Shown here: one piece after another, positions 50,937-61,100 of the stretch | Position numbering within the stretch: position 1 is the stretch's first letter | How the letters are laid out: every line of letters starts with the position of its first letter | Source: Mytilus trossulus | Taxonomy: Eukaryota | Length of the DNA: 64,000 bases | Assembly (NCBI RefSeq): GCF_036588685.1 | Contig: NC_086385.1 | Location: 28,233,216 to 28,297,215, forward strand | Reading direction: 5' to 3' | Program-made: the position numbers and the translations under genes | Notes under the pieces: generated by a model | Seen by the model: only the letters and a program-made list of their open reading frames with translations | Database searches by the model: none | What the model was told of the DNA's origin: nothing

Positions 50937-52148
50937 AAAAATGAATATGTTCACGATAGGGTTTTGATACAAACTTTGCCCTTACTAGCGGCAATTTTAA
51001 AACAGGTGAAAAGTTAACGTAAAAACTCTTTTTAAGGACCCGGATATTAGGTACATAATGTATACTTATACTAACTTAAAGTTTAAACTCTGTCATTTTA
51101 GCGATCTTGAAAAGAAGATTTTGTACATTAATTCTTCAAAGTCCCTTGGGGCCATTAGTTTTAACCAATTGGTAACTAAGTAACAACACTTGAATAGGAC
51201 ATTATAGGGTACACGTATATCAAGTTTGATTCAATTCTGATAGGTGGTCCTTAAAATAAAGATAAAAATAAATTCCACTAGTGTATCAATGCTCACAAAG
51301 TAACAACGGTTGTCGTAATTACGATATAGCGATGTCGTTATTACGGAATAGCGATTTTGTTATTTCCACATACTATGTCGTTATAGTACGACACAGCGAT
51401 GTCGTTATTACGACATACTACATGTTTGTCGTGGTTACGACATAAATAATATTTTTTTCGAATGACTCTTATCGGCATTCGTACAATATACTTTTAATTT
51501 ATTAACTGTAACATAAAATAAACTTATGTTCTTGTTATAATTTTGAAATTATTGTTTAGTCTGTTATCATTTGTTTTGAATCGGTTCGTTTATTTTCTCA
51601 GTTGAATAGTTTTTCATTTGTCTAGTGTGGGCCTATAATATGTAACTATGGGGTACGGGTGATGCTCATTCTTGAAGGCCATATACTGACCTGTATTTGT
51701 TAATTCAGCCAGTTGGTCTCTAGTAGAGAACTACCTCATTCGCAATCATGCTATATATTCTTTTTATTTGTATTTCCATCAGTTTGTACAATGAATTGTC
51801 TACACAACAAAAAGTTTAGACGCAATGACAAACATGCGTTTGACAATGTTTTTCCCGGTCCTCAATGATGCTGCACGTAGTATTTTCCTCTTTCTGCATG
51901 CGAATTGGGTCTATATTGAAAAAAAGAATTATGTACAACTATAAAGAAGACAGTGGAAATGATATTCAAAAGAACAAATGATTCAATTAAATTAAAACTA
52001 AAAAAATAACAATCGTATTTTCTTCCATGTACAATAGAAATGAGTTAAAGAAGTACTTACCTGAGTGTACAAGTGATGACACCTAAAAGATGAAATAAAT
52101 CTTATATATGTGAAATAAAATGCTCATCGAAGTTTGGTTGCAATATAA

Positions 52149-55100
52149 ATGAAAATACATGAGTGTCTTACTCTTTTAGTTAACACCGACGGCAGTTTGA
52201 GGGTATCCACAAAACAAAGTTCCACAGCTATAAAGTTGTTGTCACCATTATCAAGTACAATTATTCCTACTACAACTAAACCAATCAGCAATACTATACC
52301 GTTCAGTATAAATATACCTACCAGTACAACTATACCTACTATTAAAACTCCACCTTCCCGTACAACTACACATATATTTACCACTACATCTACCAATACT
52401 ACTTTACTAACCAGTACGACTATACCTACCAGTACAGCTACACCAACCAGTACAGCTACACCAACCAGTACAACTACACCAACCAGTACAGCTACACCAA
52501 CCAGTACAACTATACCAACCAGTACAGCTACACCAACCAGTACAACTATACCAACCAGCCCAACTATAGCTACCAGTACTAATACACCAACCAGTACAAC
52601 TGTACCTACCAGTACTTCTACACTAAGCAGTACAACTGTACCTGTAAGTACATTTACCCCTACATCTACTAGTACACCTTTATCTACCAGTACTGCTACA
52701 TCAAAGATGACAACTAATCCTACCAGTACAACTATAGCTACCAGTACTACTATACCTACCAGTACTTCTATACCTACAAGTACAAAAACAGTAACCAGTA
52801 CTACTACATTAAGAAGTACAAAAGTGCCTATCAGAAGAACTATACCTACCAGCACAACAACAATAACCAGTACAATTGTACCAACCATTATTATTATACC
52901 TACTAGGACGACTACAATTGTGCCTAGTATTACTACTATACCTAGCAGTACTACCTCACCTACCAGTACTCCTACACCTACAAGTACAACTACTCCTACT
53001 AGTAAATGTATACATACCAGTACTACCACTACACCAACCAGTACAACTGTACCTCCTAGTACTACTGTACATTCAATATACTCCAATTCTTCAACAATTA
53101 CCAGTACAACTATACCTACCAGTACAACTATACCTACAAGTACAACTATAGAGACCAGTACTAATACACTAACCAGTACAAATGTACCTACCAGTACAAC
53201 TACACTAACCATTACAACTGTACATGCAAGTACACAAACTAGTAAAACTATACCTTACAGTAGAATTGTACCGACCAGTACAACTGTACCTACCATTACG
53301 ACTGTACCTACAAGTTTAACTAAACCTACAAGTACAATTATACCAACTATTACAACTGTACCATCCAGTACTACTAAATTAACCAATACATATGTACCTG
53401 TAAGTGCAATTATACCTACCAGTACAACTTCTCCCACAAGTACAACTACAACAACAAGTACAACTATAGCTACCAGTACTACTACACCTAATAGTACAAC
53501 TTTACTTACGAGTAAAACTGTACCTCCTAGTACTACTACACCAACCAGTACAATGGTACTTACAAGTACTACACTATCTTTAAGTACTACTATATCTACC
53601 AGTACAACAGTGCATACCAGTACAACTGTATTTACCAGTACTACTGTACCAATCAGTACATCTGTACCTGTAAGTACCACTATACCGTCCAGTAGAACTG
53701 TACTTAACAGTGCCATTATACCTACCAGTATAAATTCTCCCAAAAGTACAACTACACCAACAAGTACAATTATAGCCACCAGTAGTACTACTTCATCTAG
53801 TGATACAACTATACTTACGAGACCACATGTACATTCTAGTACTACTACACCAACCAGTACAATTGTACTTTCCAGTACTACAATACCTACCAGTACTACT
53901 ATATCTACCACTACAACTGTACCAACAAGTACATCTATACCAACCAGTAAAACTGTATCTACCACTACAACTGTGCCTTCCAGTAGTTCTACACCTGCCA
54001 CTACGACTGTACCTACCAGTGCAATTATACCTAGGAGTACAACTTCTCCCACCAGTCTTACTATACCAACCAGCAAAACTGTATTAGTTAGTACAACGAC
54101 ACCTAACAGTACATCTGTACCTATAAGTACCACTATAACTTCCAGTAAAACTGTACCAACCAGTACAACTATACCTACCAGTACAACTTTTCTCACCAGT
54201 ACACCTACACCAACAAGTACAACTATAGCTACCAGTACTACTACTTCACCTAGTGGTACAACTTTACTTACAAGTACAACTGTACCTCCTAGTACTACTA
54301 CACCTACCAATACAATTGTACTTTCCAATACTACAATACCTACCAGTACTACTATATCTACCAATACAACTTTGCCTTCCAGTAGAACTGTTTCTACCAG
54401 TAGTTCTACACCTGACACTACCAGTACAATTATACCTAGGAGTACAACTTCTCCCACCAGTACTACTATACCAACCAGCACAACTGTATTAGTTAGTACA
54501 ACTACACCTAACAGTACATCTGTACCTATTAGTACCACTTTACCTTCCAGTAAAACTGTACCTACCAGTGCAATTATACCTACCAGTACAACTTCTCTCA
54601 CCAGTACAGCTACACCAACAAGTGCAACTACAGCTACCAGTACTACTGATTCACCTACTAGTACAACTATACTCACAAGTACAACTGTACCTCCTAGTAC
54701 TACTACACCAACCAGCACAATTGTACTTACCGTTAATACAATACCTACAATTACTTCTATATCTACCAGTACAAATGTGCCTACTAGAACAATTGTACCT
54801 ACAAGTACTACTACACCTACTACTACAACTACAAAAACCAGTGCAATTATACCTACCAGTACAACTTCTCCCACCAGTACAACTACACCAACAAATACAA
54901 CTATAGCCACCAGTAGTACTACTTTACCTAGTAGTATAACTACACTTACGAGAACAAAAGTACCTCCTAGTACTACTATACCAACCAGTACAATCATACT
55001 TACCGATACTACAATAACTTACAGTACTACTATATCTACCAGTACAACAGTGCCTACCAGTAAAACTGTACCTACAAGTATTACTATACCTACTAGTACA

Positions 55101-58100
55101 ACTACACCAACCAGTGCAATTATACCTACCAGTACAACTTCTCCCACCAGTACAACTACACCAACAAGTACAACTATAGCTACCAGTACTACTACTACAT
55201 CTAGTATTACAACTATACTTACGAGTACAACTGTACCTCCTAGTCCTTCCACACCAACCAGTACGATTGTACTTACCAATACTACAATACCTTTCAGTAC
55301 TTCTATATCTACCAGTACAGCAGTGCCTTTCAGTGCAACTGTACCTGACAGTACTACTATACCAACCAGAACAACTGTATTATCCAGTACTACTACACTA
55401 ACCAGTACATCTGTACCTGTAAGTACCACTGTACCTTCCTGTAGAATTGTACCTTCCATTGCAATTATACCTACCAGTACATCTTCTCTCACCAGTGCAA
55501 CTACACTAACAAGTGCAACTATAGCTAATACTACTACTACTTCACCTACTAGTACAACTATACTCAAGAGTACAACTGCACCGCCTAGTACTACTACACC
55601 AACCAGTACAATTGTACTTACCGGTAATACAATACAAACCAGTATTTATAAATCTAACAGTACAACTGTGCCTACCAGTACAACTATACCTACCAGTACA
55701 ACTGTACCTACAAGTTTTACTACACCTACAAGTACTACTACACCAACCAGTACTATTATACCAACTAGTATATCTGTATCTGTAAGTACCACTACACCTT
55801 CCAGTAGAACTGTACCTACCAGTGCAATTATACCTACCAGATCAACTTCTCCCACCAGTACAACTTCACCAACAAGTACAACTATAGCTACCAGTACTAC
55901 TACTTCACCTTCTAGAACAACTATACTCAAGAATACAACTGTACCTCCTAGTACTACTACTACATCCAGTACAATTGTACTTACCAATACTACAATACCT
56001 ACCAGTACTACTATATCTATCAGTACTACTACATCTACCAGAACAACTGTATTTTCAAGTACTGTACCTTTAACTACACCAACTAGAACATATGTTCATC
56101 TCAGCACTACAACACCTACAAGTACAAATATACCTACCAGTACAACTGTACAATCCAGTATTACTACACCTTCAAGTACGACTACACCAACCAGTCCAAT
56201 TAAACCTACCATAACAACTTCTCCAACCAGTACAACTACACCAACAAGTACAACTATAGCTACCAGTACTACTACTACATCTAGTAGTACAACTATACTT
56301 ACGAGTACAACTGTACCTCCTAGTACTTCCACACCAACCAGTACGATTGTACTTACCAATACTACAATACCTTCCAGTACTACTATTTCTACCAGTACAA
56401 CAGTGCCTACCAGTGCACCTGTACCTACCAGTACTACTATACCATCCAGAACAACTGTATTATTCAGTACTACTACACTTACCAGTACATCTGTACCTGT
56501 AAGTACCACTGTACCTTCCAGTAGAGTTGTACCTACCAGTGCAATTATACCTACTAGTACAACTTCCCTCACCAGTGGAACTACACCAACAAGTACAACT
56601 ACAGCTACCAGTACTTCTACTTCACCTACTAGTACAACTATACTCAAGAGTCCAACTGCACCGTCTAGTTCTACTACACCAACCAGTACAATTGTACTTA
56701 CCAGTGCTACACTACCTGCCAGTACTACTATATCTACCAGTACAACTGTGCCTACCAGTAGAACTGTGCCTACAAGTTTTACTACACCTACTAGTACTAC
56801 TACACCAACCAGTACTATTAAACCTATCAACAATACTATACCAACCAGTACATCTGTATCTGTAAGTACCACTATACCTTCCAGTAGAACTGTACCTTCC
56901 AGTGCAATTATACCTCCCAGTACAACTTCTCCCACCAGTACAACTGTTCCTCCTAGTACTACTAAACCAATCAGTACAATTATACTTACCAGTACTACAA
57001 TTCCTACCAGTACTACTATATCTATAAGTACTACTACATCTACCAGAACAACTGTACCTTCAAGTACTGTACCTTTAACTACACCAACTAGTACAACTGT
57101 ACATTCCAGTACTACAACACCTACAATTATACCTACTAGTACAACTATACCTTCCAGTACTAATACACCTACCCGTACAACTGTACTTTCCAGTACAACT
57201 ACACCAACTAGTACAACTGTACCTTCTAGTACAACTGTACCTACCAGTGCTACTATACCTTCAAGTACAACTGTACCTACCAGGACAACTACACAAACCA
57301 GTACAACTGTACCTACTAGTACTACTATACCTACAAGGACAACTACACCAAGCAGTACTACTACACTGACCAGTACAACTTTACATGTTAGTACTACTAT
57401 ACCTACTGGTACGACTCTACCTAATACTAGTACAACACCTGTCAGTAAAACTACATCATCTAGTACAGCTGTATATCCCAGTACTACTACACCTAACAAT
57501 ACAACTTCACCAACAAGTACAACTGCATTTATCAGTAAAACTGTACTTTCCAGTACAACTATACGTACCAGTACTACTACTCCTATAAGAACAACTACAC
57601 CTACCAGCACTACTTCACCTACTAGTTCTTCTATACCTACCAGTACAACTGTACCATCGAGCACTACTACATTAACCAGTACAACTGTACCTTTTAGTCC
57701 GACTATACCTTCCAGTAGAATTGCAACCACTAGTACAACTTTACCTGTACCTTCAATTACAAATGTAACTACCACTACAACTACACCAACCAGTACAACT
57801 GGTACTACTACACCTACTTGGACAACTATACACACCAGTACTACTTTACCTACCAGTAGTAATATACCTACAAGGAAAACTGTACCTACCATTACAACTG
57901 TTCATACAAGTAGTACTATACCTACTAGTACAACTACACCAACCAGTACTTCTATATCTACCAGTACTACTATACCAACCAATACATCTGTACCTGTAAG
58001 TACCACTATACCTTCCAGTAGAACTGTACCTACCAGTGCAATTATACCTACCAGATCAACTTCTCCCACCAGTACAACGTCACCAAGTGCTACTATAGAA

Positions 58101-61100
58101 ACCAGTGCTACTACTTCACCTATTGGTAAAACTACACTTACGAGTACAACTGTAATTCCTAGTACGACTACATCAACCAGTACAATTGTACCTACCAGTA
58201 CTACAATACCTACAAGTACTACTTCACCTATTGGTACAACTACACAAACCAGTACAACTGTACCTACTAGTACTACTATACCTACTATGACAACTACACC
58301 AAGCAGTACTACAATACTTACAGGTACAACTGTACCAAATAGTACTACTACACTGACCAGTACAACTTTACATGTTAGTACTACTATACCTACCGGTACG
58401 ACTCTACCTAATACTAGTACAACACCTGTCAGTAAAACTACATCATCTAGTACAGCTGTATATCCCAGTACTACTACACCTAACAATACAACTTCACCAA
58501 CAAGTACAACTGCATTTATCAGTAAAACTGTACTTTCCAGTACAACTATACGTACCAGTACTACTACTCCTATAAGAACAACTACACCTACCAGCACTGC
58601 TTCACCTACTAGTTCTTCTATACCTACCAGTACAACTGTACCATCGAGCACTACTACATTAACCAGTACAACTGTACCTTTTAGTCCGACTATACCTTCC
58701 AGTAGAATTGCAACCACTAGTACAACTTTACCTGTACCTTCAATTACAAATGTAACTACCACTACAACTACACCAACCAGTACAACTGGTACTACTACAC
58801 CTACTTGGACAACTATACACACCAGTACTACTTTACCTACCAGTAGTAATATACCTACCAGGAAAACTGTACCTACCATTACAACTGTTCATACAAGTAG
58901 TACTATACCTACTAGTACAACTACACCAACCAGTACTACAAGAACCTCCAGTACTACTATACCAACCAATACATCTGTACCTGTAAGTACCACTATACCT
59001 TCCAGTAGAACTGTACCTACCAGTGCAATTATACCTACCAGATCAACTTCTCCCACCAGTACAACGTCACCAAGTGCAACTATAGCTACCAGTGCTACTA
59101 CTTCACCTATTGGTAAAACTACACTTACGAGTACAACTGTAATTCCTAGTACGACTACATCAACCAGTACAATTGTACCTACCAGTACTACAATACCTAC
59201 AAGTACTACTTCACCTATTGGTTCAACTACACAAACCAGTACAACTGTACCTACTAGTACTACTATACCTACTATGACAACTACACCAAGCAGTACTACA
59301 ATACTTACAGGTACAACTGTACCAAATAGTACTACTACACTGACCAGTACAACTTTACATGTTAGTACTACTATACCTACCAGTACAACTGTACCATCGA
59401 GCACTACTACATTAACCAGTACAACTGTACCTTTTAGTCCGACTATACCTTCCAGTAGAAATGCAACCACTAGTACAACTTTACCTGTACCTTCAATTAC
59501 AAATGTAACTACCACTACAACTACACCAACCAGTACAACTGGTACTACTACACCTACTTGGACAACTATACACACCAGTACTACTTTACCTACCAGTAGT
59601 AATATACCTACCAGGAAAACTGTACCTACCATTACAACTGTTCATACAAGTAGTACTATACCTACTAGTACAACTACACCAACCAGTACTACAAGAACCT
59701 CCAGTACTACTATACCAACCAATACATCTGTACCTATAAGTACCACTATACCTTCCAGTAGAACTGTACCTACCAGTGCAATTATACCTATCAGATCAAC
59801 TTCTCCCACCAGTACAACGTCACCAAGTGCAACTATATCTACCAGTGCTACTACTTCACCTATTGGTAAAACTACACTTACGAGTACAACTGTAATTCCT
59901 AGTACGACTACACCAACCAGTACAATTGTACTTACCAGTACTACAATAACCTCCAGTACTACTATACCAACCAGTACATCTGTACCTATAAGTACTACTA
60001 CACCTTTCAGTACAATTGTACTTACCATTAATACAATACTTACCAGTTCTACTATATATATCAGTACAACTGTGCCTACCAGTACAACTCTACCTACAAG
60101 TACTACTGCACCTACTAGTACAACTACACCAACCAGTGCAGTTATACCTACCAGTAAAATTTCTCACACAAGTACAACTACACCAACAAGTACAACTATA
60201 GCTACCAGTAGTACAACTACACCCATTAGTACAACTACACTTACGAATACAACTATAATTCCTAGGACGACTACACCAACTAGTACAATTGTACTTACCA
60301 GTACTATTATACCTTCCAGTACTACTATACCAACCAGTACATCTGTACCTGTAAGTACTACTACACCTTTCAGTAGAACTGTACCTAGCAGTGCAATTAT
60401 ACCTTCCAGATCAACTTCTCCCGCCAGTTCAACTTCTCCCACCAGTAAAACTACACCAACAAGTACAACTACACCAACAAGTACAACTATAGCTATCAGT
60501 ACTACTACTTCATCTAGTGGTACAACTACACTTACGAGTACATCTGTAACTCCTAGTACTAAAACACCAACCAGTACAAATAAACTTACCAGTACTACAA
60601 TTTTTACCAGTACTACTATATCTACAAGTACTACTACATCTACCAGAACAACTGTACCTTCAAGTAATGTACCTTTAACTATACCAACTAGTACAACTGT
60701 ACATCCCAGCACTACAACACCTACAATTACAACTATACCTAACAGTACAACTATTTATTCCAGTACTACTACACCTACCAGTTCACCTATACCTTTTAGT
60801 ACAACTACACCAACAAGTAACACTATAGCTACCAGGACTACTACTACTACACCTAGTAGTACAACTACACTTACGAGTACAACTGTAATTCCTAGTACGA
60901 CTACACCAACCAGTACAATTGAACTTACCAGTACTACAATACCTACAAGTACTACTTTATCTTCCAGTACAACTGTGCCTACCAGTACAACTGTGCCTAC
61001 CAGTACAACTATACCTTTCAGTACTACTACCCCTTCCAGTACAACTATAGCTACCAGCATTACTACTACACATAGTAGTACAATTACACTTACGAGTGCA

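Larger units (their letters stand above)
29650..51483. mobile_element. Element C2: outer, older IS3EU-like element (21.8 kb including nested insertions)
   Basis: Ends cACGGAAGCCGATATGGGGTCATTCGAAAA and TTTTCGAATGACTCTTATCGGCATTCGTA; TSD CAATGT (29644-29649) and CAATAT (51484-51489), 5/6; left-arm array resumes in + orientation at 48698. Confidence 0.75.

Noticed and set aside
502-51000. Remaining short ORFs in the track as host genes
   Set aside because: Low complexity or within repeats, often with non-ATG starts and no recognisable domains, apart from the TE remnants listed.
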